Below the pieces are notes generated by a model. That model was given only the letters and a program-made list of their open reading frames with translations, did no database searches and was not told the origin of the DNA. 64,000 nt of DNA from Lama guanicoe (taxonomy: Eukaryota), in contig MU054323.1 of NCBI GenBank assembly GCA_013239625.1, positions 4,380,214-4,444,213 of the forward strand, written 5' to 3'. The translations under genes were made by a program, and so were the position numbers. Position 1 is the first letter of the stretch; the number at the start of each line of letters is the position of its first letter. Of this stretch, positions 27,690-38,765 are shown in pieces.

Positions 27690-28231
27690 TATGATAAAGG
27701 ATACAAATGATAGCCAGATGAAGATATAAAGAGCAAGGTCTGACAGGGTCCCAAGAGCAGGCCCTTCTGTCCCCCTGGAGTCAGGGTGTGCAAACCTCTT
27801 GGCATGTACATGTGATCACCAACCCAGAAGCTCCCTGAACCCCATACTATTAGGATTTTTATGGAGTCTTCATCATGTAAGCATGATTGATTATTAACCT
27901 CTTTTCCAGCCCCTTTCCCTTCTCTGGAGAATGGGAGATGGGGCTGAAAATTGCAGACTTCTAATTATAGCTTGGTCTTTCTGGTGATCCAACCCTTATC
28001 CAGAAGCTCACCAAGAGTCACCTCATTAGAGCAAAAGACAGCGCTGTCACCCAGGAAATTCCAAAGATTTAGGAACTCTGTGTTAGGAACTGGGGCCAAA
28101 GATTAAATGTTGGAACAAAAGATTCTCCTAACACCCCTGTTTACAGGGGTTAAAACCCTGTAAGTTCCTAAAGGAACTCTCTGTTAGGGACCAGGGGCAG
28201 AGACCAAAATATACATTTCTTATTCTTTCAC
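27690..28231 (-). mobile_element. MER21-like LTR
   Basis: aaaggatacaaatga...cagatgaaga...accaacccagaagctc...caagagtcacctcattag...caggaaattcc...gagaccaaaatatacatttcttatt is the reverse complement of MER21. Confidence 0.8.
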
Positions 28232-28689
28232 GGTGCAAAAGACTGTTCTTGGTTCTTTTGTGAAGTATTTGCTGGCCGATGATTGAGGGGTCTTGTTATT
28301 TCTAAAGGCTATAGAATTGTAATAGGGCAAAGAAAAGCTATACTAAATTAAAAATTCTTTCTTTTCCATTTATCTTTGCTGGAAATCCTTGAATAGAAGC
28401 ACCCATGATTTCAAACAGACCCATCATAACTGGACACATTTGTTTCTTAGTCCATGGGAAGAAGTAACTAGAAAATTACCAGACATACATAATAATTTTT
28501 CAGTTCATAATAAGAAAGTATGAGCACATACATCCTTGTAAATAATTCCTAATAAGAGACAGGAAAAAAATTCTGAGAAAATGTCTAATTCGTATTCTAA
28601 ACCTGATGTGAAATGTTTTTGTACCTCTTAGGAAATGAATTTATCTTTCCTCCATGATCTTCATTATTTCCTTCCTTCTGCTGACTTTT

Positions 28690-28970
28690 GGTTGGAAATG
28701 AACTTATAATTATGAAACAATCGGAGGTTAGGAATGATTAATTGGAAGTTGAAAATATGGCTGCTGAATTTAAAACTGGAAAGAAACCTGTGAATGGCAG
28801 CACTGATTCTGTAGAAAAACAAATCAATGAATTAGAAGATCAACTTGAAGGAGTTGCCCAGGAGTTAATGAGAAAAAGTATGAGACCCATGAGGACAAAT
28901 TTAGGGTATTTGTGAAATGCATAATGGACATACAATAGAGAAACATAAACTACCAAAGAGTGAAAAAGCT
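28690..28970 (+). mobile_element. Old L1/HAL1 ORF1-region fragment
   Basis: A-rich decayed coiled-coil-like sequence (gaaaaacaaatcaatgaattagaagatcaacttgaagg). Confidence 0.45.
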
Positions 28971-29242
28971 AAATTATTGTTTTGATAAGACTTGGCAACA
29001 GAACTCTCACAATATACTTTTGAGATTAAAACTAATTATAACCTTCAAGAATAACTAGATATTTTTCCAAATTTTGAAATATGGCAAATCCTTTGACTTT
29101 ATAATTTCATGTCTAAGATTTAAGCCTAAGGAAATAAGGATAATGATACTTCCACCTTGTATGTTACTAAGTAAAAGAAATATTTATTATATGTGGTGGC
29201 AAAAGGGGAATTTAAATCACCCAAGACAATATAGGGAAAGGA

Positions 29243-29495
29243 GTAATACAGGGTAATGGTTAAGCATACAATTTCTAGAGATTGATTGCCTAGATCTGAA
29301 TCTCAGTTCCACTCCTTACTAGCTTTATGATCTTGGATGGTCTCAACCTATCTGGGCTTCAGTTTTGTCATCTGCAAAATGTGGATAATATTCATATCTA
29401 ACTCATAGAGTTGTTTTGAGGATTAAAAGATATGCTATATGCAAAGCACTTAAAATGGTGCTTGGTGGGTTGTAATAAATTTTATCTATGTTTAT
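29243..29495 (+). mobile_element. MIR SINE, near full length
   Basis: ggttaagcat...tgcctagatctgaatctcagttccactccttactagct...cttcagttttgtcatctgcaaaatg...gttgttttgaggattaaa...aaagcactta. Confidence 0.9.
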
Positions 29496-29789
29496 TAAAG
29501 ATATGGACTTTTTGACAGTATTTATGTCAGAAATATAAATAATAAAATTGAAGGTAGCTTTTATTTTCCATTATTAATCTTCCTACAATGACCATGCATT
29601 AATTTTGAAAAAAAGAAAGAGAAGAATAACATTAGTAAATGTTTAAATTATTGGCAATTTTTGACCAGAAAAGTAGAAGTTTGTTTTTATGGAGGAATAA
29701 CCTAATATTTTCAGAAATGGCTTTCGTTTTGTGTTAATACTGTCACTGTGGGATCGCTTTGGTGCTTCAGTCATTCTTCACTGCATTTT

Positions 29790-30461
29790 CTGCTGTGCCA
29801 GTTCTTCATCTATAGTGTCACAATTGCTCATCTACCCCCTTATACTCTGTTCTGGGATGTGATGCTGGGGCTGGAACGTTGTGAACTACATTTCCCAGAC
29901 TCTCTCCAGCTGCTTCCTGTTAGGTCTGGCCGACAGGAGGCTGCGGGGGCAGAGTGGAAGGGAGAAGGAGGGGAGAAGGCATTTTCTTTTTCCTGTGTGC
30001 TCATGGCTCTATCAGCATGACCCCCGCAGCAGCAGCTCTTCAGGCAGTGCAGGTTAGCCCAGCTGCAGCCGTAGGCCCAGCATCTTGCAGCACTCCTGGA
30101 AGAAGCCTCATCACGCCCCAATAGAAGGACCAGAGCAGCAGGACCTGGCAGGGCCACCTCCTCCCTCCTCAGAGGCCTGCACGCAAACTCCATTGGGATC
30201 CTGTGTGATCCTAAATGTGTTCACGTGCCAGGAAGTGTCTCCTTTTCAAGATCTGACCAACTCTTTGAGGCTCTCCTCTGGGCTCTTAAGTTCTGCTTAC
30301 TTCTCTCTTGTCCCTCCAGCTTTGGGAGTGGTCTCCCTGCTGATCTCTTGGTTACCTCAGTGATGGCTCTTCTTTCCTCATATTAAATCCCCTCTGTTAA
30401 ATTCCCTCTGTTGAAGTACATAGGGTAGTTTTTGTTTTCCTGACTGGACTCTGAGTGGTAC
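29790..30461 (+). mobile_element. ERVL solo LTR (LTR33/LTR41-like)
   Basis: aactacatttcccagactc...cttcctgttagg near the 5' end; ends attccctctgttgaagtacatagggtagtttttgttttcctgactggactctgagtggtaca. Confidence 0.75.
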
Positions 30462-30689
30462 AAATGGGATTTGTGAATTTGAGAATTGGATGAAGTGTTC
30501 AGGACATTAATTCCTGAATGTTAAGAACGCATGTATTTTCAAAGGAAAAGATGAATTAGATCTGATCTCTTTACATGGTACTGTTCTGTCAATACTCAGA
30601 TATACAGTTTGAACCCATGAAGTAAACAACATATGAAGGTCTTAGAAAAAAGGCAGGAAGTAATAATAAGTCATTTGTATTCTTCATCA

Positions 30690-31110
30690 GAAAGGATTGG
30701 ATTCTGCTATATGAAACAGGTGACTAAATGAATAGTAACTTAAACACACAGGAGCCCTATGGTCCTCAAAGCTATTTACTATTTATGCTATGTACTAAAA
30801 GATCTGGGCATAGGAAATCCAGGGTTTGTAAGGCTAGTCCAGATGGCATCAAGAATCAGCCTCCTTCTTTCTTCCTGCCTTCCTGTCCTCAGCGTGTAGC
30901 TTTTGTCTTGCTGGTCCCAACGACTGCCACTTTTCCTCATTTCAGGCAGGAAGAAGATGGAAGACAGAGTGGTATTAGCAGATTTCTCCTTACATTTCAT
31001 TGATCAGCACTGCATCAGAGGTCCTCGCCTGAAGCTGCAAGAGAAGATGGGAAATTGAATTTTTAACTTTTTTTTTTAGCTCTGTAAATAGAGGCTGGCA
31101 AGAAAGAAGG
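30690..31110 (-). mobile_element. ERVL-MaLR LTR (MLT1J/K/L-like)
   Basis: aatagtaacttaaacaca...aaatccaggg...catcaagaatcagcctcc...caggcaggaagaag...agctgcaagagaagatgggaaat. Confidence 0.65.
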
Positions 31111-32564
31111 GCAGTTACCCCACTCATTATGCAGACACACAGGCCCATTATATTCCATGGGTGCCCCATGGCAAACTGCCGTCTTTATGCCCCAATATGT
31201 AGCATTTATATTATTGGTGCAAGAGGCTGACTATATATTGTCCATTTAAGTAGATTGTTAAGTTCTTCATTATTTGCTTTCTGTATTTGTACAGAAAGGA
31301 AATTTTGTGGGTTTGGAGGGGCAGAGAAGAAAGCACGCACACTTAGCCACCCATTCGGTAGCGTTTGAACTTTCCTGATGATCATTCACCACGCAACAGT
31401 GACTCTCTTCGGTACTTTCTCCGTTTGCTACAAGGTCACCCTTGAAGAGCTGCGAGGCAAACTCACTGAAGTCTTTAACACGGTGCTTTACCCTCCTTCT
31501 TAATTAGCTGCTGGGAAGGAGTGGAATTGTTTTGCCATTCCAGTGTCCCCATTTAACTCACTGGGACTTGGCTCTGCCGGTGGAGAAGGGGCCGGGAACA
31601 GCTCTTGATGGCACAGCCTAATGAGGCTATCAGTAACACACTGATGCGATTAGACCTCTTAGCATCTCAAACATGTAAGGAGGCAACCTGCACAATACTG
31701 TGAAAACCTGGAGCAACAAAAGGATTTGGTGATTGTGTTTTATTTAACTAAGATGAAAGCGGCAATCTTCCCATCAGGCACTATTTATGATTAATTAAGA
31801 TGGATTTTGCAAAGCAATCTATGCTTTTTGTGCTCAACCGGAGGCACGCTTAGCGAGAGAGGACAATCATGGAGCTTCACAATCTGAACAGTAATGAGCC
31901 TGGCTTCAGCCCCACCAGCTAAATTCCATCTCAGTGACATTCAGGGTCTGGCAGCCACCTCCAAGCCTCGTCACAGATGCTAATAGCAAATCAGCTGAAA
32001 TGGATGATGTGGGGGATGCCAAACCTACGATGATTTGTATCTTCTTAAAAGTTCTGTTCCAGTTTTCTAGAGATTTGCCGGCAGTGGATGAAATGCTTCT
32101 GGTGTGCATGTGGGTTCTGAAGAGAGGGAAGCAGAGGCAAGTTAACACATTTCAAGGTGGGCTTCAAAAAGCAGAGAGTGGAGAGGTGCAGGAGGAGGGA
32201 GGCAGTTACTTCCATGGAGCAGTTCTGAAGCATCCTTACACTTCACTTAGCATTTATGAACATCTTGCATTGTCATTTAAGACCTTATCCCCAATTACCA
32301 AAGTCAATCAAAGAAACGGGGCTAATCTAGAAAACAACACGAACAGTGACAATAGCCAAACAGCAGTGACTCTCTGGGTAGAATCTTCTTTCATGCCCCA
32401 CAGGCTTTTTAGTTTTTTCAGGTTATTTCAATAGCTGTGGGCCTAAAAACGGATCGCTTATAGAATAATCAGTGCCAGTTATTTTGAATGAGGCAAAAGG
32501 GAGGGTTTTTTCCCCCCAATTTCCACTGAAGCACAGAAAAGAAGATGTCATTTTTCCATTTATT

Positions 32565-33900
32565 TTACACTTACTTACTGAATACCAACTATGCGCCAGG
32601 TGGTGTAATAGTTTTAGGAATACATGACAGACAATTCCAAACATGTGTTCTGATTTCAGCAAACATGCCAATTATGTGTGACTTGGATGAGGATATAGGC
32701 AATTAAAGCACAATGTGATATGTGCTGTGGGAGGAGAAACACAGGGTTCTGAGAGAGATGGAAAGGCCCCCCAGCAGACATGGTGGTGGGGCAGAAGCCA
32801 CACAGAAAACTTCTTAGAGAAATGGATCTCTAAGCTGGGAGATGGATGACGAATCCATATTGAGGGGAACAAAGGGAAGATCTGGGTAGGGAAAAGGGAC
32901 CCTGAAAGGATAAAACATCCCGTAAAAAAGGATTAGAGGCTAGAGAAAGACATACTCGAAAAACAGAGTTCTTTTGTGTGGGGGCTTTTGGAGGCTAGCG
33001 TGTGTGACAGGGTGCAGAGTGGGGGGAAAAGCAAGACAGGAGTCTCGAAGGTTCTTTAAAATCATATGAAGGAGTTTGGACTTATCCTAAAGTATTTTTA
33101 AGCTGATGTGCACCTTGATCAAATTTGCGTTGTAGAATGAAGGAAAAGGTGTTCTACAGTGGGTAATACAGACGGCTGGGAAACGGGTTAAGAGGTTGTT
33201 ACAGGGATTAAAACCAGGTACAGATATTGTTATGAGAAGCACTATGGAGGCAGGGAGGATGGTGAGATGTGAAGCTATTTGGGGACCATTTAGGAGGTAA
33301 AGTCAATAGGCTTGGTGCCTAATTCTATGAGGGACATTCTGGATAATCCATGGGAGACAATGGTGGTATTAACTGAGACAGGAGATCCAAGATGCAGAAC
33401 CTGGGGCCTGGGAAAGAGGGCTTCAGTTCTGTTGCAGAGGTGTTAAGTTTTAAGTGTCTTTGGACCATTCAAGTAAAGGTGTCTAAGAGGCGAGGTGTGG
33501 TTGTAGTCCCTGAACTCACAGACGCTCGTAAGATCTGGAAGCGCTGATTTGTCTACCATGAGCCTTAGATAGTCCTTTCAGTCATGGACGTGAGCTTGTT
33601 CAAGAAGACTGCATAGCGTTAGAAAAGAACCCACCTGGAAGCTTGGAGAAACATCAGCCTTTGAGAGCTGGCAAAGGAGACTTGGTATCCAGAAAGTCAC
33701 TAAAGGTACAAATAAGTTTTCGAAGGGACGATGTCAATGACTTGTTAAAGATATTTGGCTATGGAAGTGAAGAGAAAAGTTAGTTGATATTTGAGGTGAG
33801 TATAGGGGCTGGAGGGTAATTTCTTTTTAAAATGGGAGAGATGAGCTTAACACATGCACGCAGATACAGAGGCGATGATAACCCAACCTGGGGAGGAAGT
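32565..33900 (-). mobile_element. L2 LINE, long 3' fragment
   Basis: ttactgaataccaactatgcgccagg at the 3' end, then ggagtttggacttatcc, gatcaaatttgcgtt, gtattaactgagacagga and gttaagttttaagtgtctttggaccattcaagt. Confidence 0.75.
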
Positions 33901-34119
33901 TTACCTTTGAACAGATCATGAAAAGAGGATTTGCTAAGCAAAGGAAGGATGTTAACATGTTTGTGGAGAGGCATATTTAACCTACTAAAGAGAACAAAGT
34001 GTTTCCGAGCGCTCCAACAGGAGCTGTTTGCATATGCACGGTGTGATTAAAGGTTGCTCCTCCCTTCTCCCTGGAGCCAGACTTGTCTTTGGCAATAGGT
34101 TGTTAGTAATGACTTGAAT

Positions 34120-34390
34120 ATCAAAGTTTGTTTGTTCCTGTGTTGTTTTCTTCATGCTCCTGATTTCCAGGTGCTATTCTAGGTGTTAAGAATTCGAAGA
34201 AGGCAAAACCTTATTCTTTCAAGGAATTTAGTACCTGGGGAGGAGACAGGCATTAACAACACAGTGAGTGAATGCCAGGAGGCAGGCACGGGAGGGTGTC
34301 ATGGGCACCGGGAGGAGGCTAATTCCTGAGGCAGGAGTCAGAAGGGAATGTCTTCCTGGAGACCTCACTGGAGTCTGGGAGGTTGAGTTT
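34120..34390 (-). mobile_element. L2 3' fragment
   Basis: ccaggtgctattctaggtgtt...ctttcaaggaatttag...ggagacagg...cttcctggag. Confidence 0.55.
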
Positions 34391-34483
34391 GCTAAGCTAC
34401 TTTTATTTTAGTGTATTACATCACTCCCAATTATTACCAGTTGAACCAGAATTCCTCCCCCGCTCCGCCCACAATTCCTTTAT

Positions 34484-35445
34484 ATAGGAGTCAGTAAACT
34501 TGTTCTGTAACATGGCAGTAGTAAATAGCTTTGAGGACCATAGGGCTCTGTGCCTTGCAGCGCGGAAGCAGCCACAGACAATACAGAATGGATGGGCATG
34601 GCTACCGACAAGGGTGAATTTTACCCGAGCCCTGGGATCCTGGAAAACAGAAAGGTTAGGAAACCCCTCACCCTGCCATCTTCTAGGAAATGGCTTGCTG
34701 CAAAGAACCACCTTCCCCTGCAATTTAGGTAAGACTCAGGGATGCCCCGTGTTTGCCGGTGACAGAGCCAGCCACAAAGCCTCCAGATTTCTATTTTTTG
34801 CCTCATAAATAATTAGCTGAACTGTTTTGTCCTCACTGATGAATGGGAGCAAAGTGGTTTTAAACAAAACTTTGGTTAAGATTCTCACCTTCCCTCGGGT
34901 CTCTGAACTTCAGGCTGCCGTCAGCCTGAGCCAGCAACAGTCCCTCCTTAAGGGCTGCCCCGAGAAAACAGGCTGGCCTCAGCAGGAAATAGTCTGCTGT
35001 TCCATCTGCGGTCCCATCACATCACCCTTTTAAACCACTTCCCCACACTCAGTTCTTTCTAACCTGTTCATCCCCTTCTAGAAGAGAAAATCCCTTTTCT
35101 CCTAACCCTTGAGATGGTGATTTTATGTTCAGAGCCTTTATTCTATTGCAAAAGTTCCCCTTTCCATATTGCAGTAGTCCCCGACTCCCCTGCCCGGCAG
35201 TAATCCTGTTGAATAAAATCTCTCTTTACTAAATCTAGACTTGTTAATAAAAATCATTATCTTGACACTATGTTCCAGTAAAGCACACTAAAATTTGAAT
35301 TTTATATAAGTGATACAGAATTTTATTCTTCTTCTGATTTTTTTCCCCAACCTTTTAAAAAATGTAAAAATTATTCTTAGCTCACAGGCCATACAAAAAC
35401 AGGCCAGATTTAACCCGAGGGAGCTAGTTTTACAATCCTTGCTTT
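34484..35445 (+). mobile_element. MER58-like hAT-Charlie MITE, split by an LTR
   Basis: Left piece gagtcagtaaact...gcagccacagacaata...gggcatggcta; right piece tgttccagtaaa...aaatttgaatttt...aaaaatgtaaaaattattcttagctcacaggccatacaaaaacagg. Confidence 0.75.
34606..35267 (+). mobile_element. ERV1 solo LTR (MER67-like)
   Basis: gggtgaattttacccgagccctg...ctgcaaagaaccacc...cctcataaataattagctgaactg...cagcctgagccagca...gaataaaatctctc...ttgaca, flanked by CTAC/CTAT (probable 4-bp TSD). Confidence 0.85.
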
Positions 35446-35507
35446 ATATTAAAGAGGCTTCAGGTTTAACAGAACCCAATTAGTTGGCCTTTCCGAGAAT
35501 TACCTAT

Positions 35508-35622
35508 CAATTCAATTCAATAAGCATTTATTAAGTGCCTACCCTTTGCTCAGCTTTATTCTAGGCCCTGGAGATAAAGTTATGAACAAGACAAATACTG
35601 TCCTACTTTCAAGGAATTTAAA
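35508..35622 (-). mobile_element. L2 3' terminus
   Basis: ttcaattcaataagcatttattaagtgcctac...ctaggccctggagata...aacaagaca...ttcaaggaattta. Confidence 0.8.
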
Positions 35623-36120
35623 AATAATGGCACTAGTATTTAACTTCATCGTGCCCTGCTACCTGTTATATGACGTGCTGCTATTTAATTACGGGTTTGT
35701 TGTGGATGTGTTATGACTAGGAGGTGTAACTGTACACACAGGCCACTGGTTGCCTCTGTAAACATACCACACATTTTCAGTCCCATTAAATGCTTCTCCC
35801 TACGATGCAATCGTTAACCTGGATGCCTGTGCACTAATTGCATCAGTATTACCCTCTTCCCAAATAAATACTGAATTCCTCCTTGAACGTTGTCTTCAGA
35901 CTCTGTGATACGTTCTTCAGCTTTCTTCCCTGGTGATAATTTTGTCCATGTTGATGAATTTCAATATTAGAAAGTGCCAAAGATTATTTGAAGCTAAGTC
36001 AGGCAAGTAAGTCAGATGAATAAGGGTAACTAAAGAGAGCAAGCAATGTTTTCTCTTCTTGAAACACAATGTTTCAAGGCAATCCAGTTGAAATTTTGTA
36101 TTACTTTTCTTAAACCAGCC

Positions 36121-36498
36121 TGCTATGGACTGAAGGTTTTGTCCCTCAAAAATATTCCTACGTTGACCCCTAGTCCCTGGTGGGTGACTTTTGGAGCTAA
36201 GGCCTTTGTGGAGGGAATAAAGGTTAAATGAAGTCCTAAGGCTGAGGCCCTGGTCCAGTGGGATTAGTGCCTTTCTAAGAAGACACTCAGGAGCTCAGTG
36301 GCCCTCTCTCTTTGCACACACAAAGGGGCCATGTGAGAACACGTTGAAAAGGGGGCAGGAAGCAGGCCTCACCAGGAACTGAACTGGGTGGCACCTTGAT
36401 CTTGGACTTCCAGCCTCCAAAATCGTGACAAAAATTCCTGTTGTTTAAGCCACCCAATCTGCAGTCTATTGTCACAGTAGCCTGAGGTAACTCATACA
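36121..36498 (+). mobile_element. ERVL-MaLR solo LTR (MLT1A-like)
   Basis: tgctatggactgaa...gggattagtgcc...ggcaccttgatcttggacttccagcctcc...ctgttgtttaagccaccc...ctcataca. Confidence 0.9.
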
Positions 36499-38529
36499 TG
36501 ACTTTTTAGAAAATTTATAAGGGAGGCTCTGGAGTGTTCTGAGCGAGGTCAACATTTTTGGTCAAGGAGACTCTGTTGAAGAGAAAGAGGCTCATTTGGA
36601 TGTATACGTTCTTGTCAGTTTTTAAAATCACAAATCTTTGTGTGTGTGTGTGATGTCACTGTGTGTGTTTGTCTGGTATGCATCTGGTTAACTCCCCACT
36701 AGATTGTAAGTTCTAAGCCCACAGTCATCTGCATCCATGGGGTGTGGCTATATTGGAGTCTTTCTTATTGTGTACTGTTTCCAGAAAGAAAACAATATAG
36801 GGCCTCTTCAGAGAATAAGTACTTATCTAGAAACACAAAATGAGGGGAGAAGTAAAAAGAGACACAGCCACAGATGAAACCCAGTTCTGAAACATGGAAG
36901 GTGCCAGATTCACCACGACTAGGAAGTTGGGCGCGATGTACTTCTTGTGGGCCGTGAGAGTAGACCTGGGGGCTGCGTGGATGTGGGCTATGCTGGAATG
37001 CTTATTACTTCCCTGAATGTCGCAAAACGTGGCATTTCCACAATAACTAAGAGTATATATAATAAAAAAAAATGGCCTAGTGCTGACATTGATTAGAAAA
37101 TTGATAGACTCAGTGGCTGCTGTATAAGACGGAGATTCACCGCTATCTGGTTGTTGGACAAATAATCACTGGTTACTTCACTCCTAAGAATCAGCTATCA
37201 ACTCTCGCTCTCACATAAAGCATTTTTGTTTCTATTGTTGCGCTGAGCAGAATTTGACCCAGTTCCTTCTTTGATTTATTTTCCTTCCATTCTTAAAAAC
37301 AAGCACCCAGTATATGCCAGCGTGTGCTTGGAGCTGGGGCTACGGAGCAAGATAGGTTAGGGGCCCGGGCAGGGAAGAGCTGATGGCCTTGAGAAGGAGA
37401 AAATGGAGAAAAGGACTTGCAGTGCAAACTCAGTGAGGTGGTACAACACTGTGCAGAGTGCAGCGGGAAGAAACGGAGCTGGGCACGCTCTGAGTGTGGG
37501 CACCGGAGTAGCCAATACGCCAGCCCCCGTGTGACCAAGCGAGGAGAAGGAATCACTCTATTCTGCTCTTCCCCTTTCCATCCACTTAATAAAAAGTTCG
37601 GGGTCAGATAAATTCAGGAGCCACCAAAATCAATTTACTGGGCAAAAAAGGAGAGGATGGGAAGAACTTGTTTTATGAACTCGCTCTTTGAGGAGAAAGA
37701 CATTATTTTGGTGGCAGTGGGCAACTAGGTAGAAAGAGCTTGCTATTAAGTGAAAAATGAGCTTCCACGGGAAGCCGGGACAATGAAGGTAATAATTAAA
37801 TCTTCCTCTAACTTAGGTTGCATTGTAAGTGCTTAGCTGAAAAATGTGTCTGTACCTCCGGGCCTGCAGCAATGACATCTGTTATATTTTAGGAACAGAA
37901 AGCTAATGAGGTGGAATCTGGAGTAGTGAGCTTAATTGGGCTTGTTTTGATTAAGTGTATGTGCTGGGAATATTCTAATCACTTGTCTGAATTGCAAAAC
38001 AGCCAACGTAAGCCCCCAAATTCTTGCAGCCATTTGTGAATCAGTTCAGAATAGATAGGGAAATTGTGTGGAGGAAAAGAGTAAACTGTAAAGCAAAAAT
38101 TACGTAAAGTTCAGATGAAGTAAAACGTATGTAGAGTTCCTTGCCTAATTAGTGACTTCAGGCCTAAATGGCAGCCCAATCGTACCTGCCTGCTGTTCAC
38201 CGTAAGTTAGGGCATCTGCCTGGAGAAGCATGAAATGTCAGAGCCTGAAGGACCACAGTGGGCACGATGCCATCCTGCCCTCCTCACTTTTTGAGACTCT
38301 GAGGCCTAGAAAGGAAGGAAGTTTCCTACGACCACCGCAGAGTCTGTGGCAGGGTCCAGGCTAGAACTGAAGTTCCCTGACACACAGAATATGACTTTCT
38401 GCTCTCTGCTTCTCGCTGTCCAGCCGAGGATGGAAGAGGGCTGTGGAGTGCAGGTGGGGTTTGATACAGCGGTTCCCCTCCAAACATCCCAAGATTGCTT
38501 GCAGACGCCCGTTCGCCTCAAGTCATGAC

Positions 38530-38765
38530 TATGGGATTTTGTTCTATTACACTCTTTTCCCGTTCTGGACTCTTCATGCTTAGAATGGAAATTAAATACT
38601 GTTTTTGTATAAGTATTTGGTTACTATTTGTCTTCTTCGCTACACTGTATGTTTCATGAGTGCAGCTCTTATCTCTGTCCTCCTGGAAATTGCACAGTTC
38701 TGGGAATATAGTGCATTCCCGTAAGTATTTGGCAGATGAAAGGATAAACACATGAATAAATAAAA
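38530..38765 (+). mobile_element. L2 3' end
   Basis: tgtcttcttcgctacactgtatgtttcatgag...aagtatttggcagatgaa...tgaataaataaa. Confidence 0.6.

Noticed and set aside
31934..32434. Longest ORF (166 aa, + strand)
   Set aside because: It starts at GTG, has no recognisable domain and no flanking + strand splice sites. Its length is plausible by chance in 64 kb.
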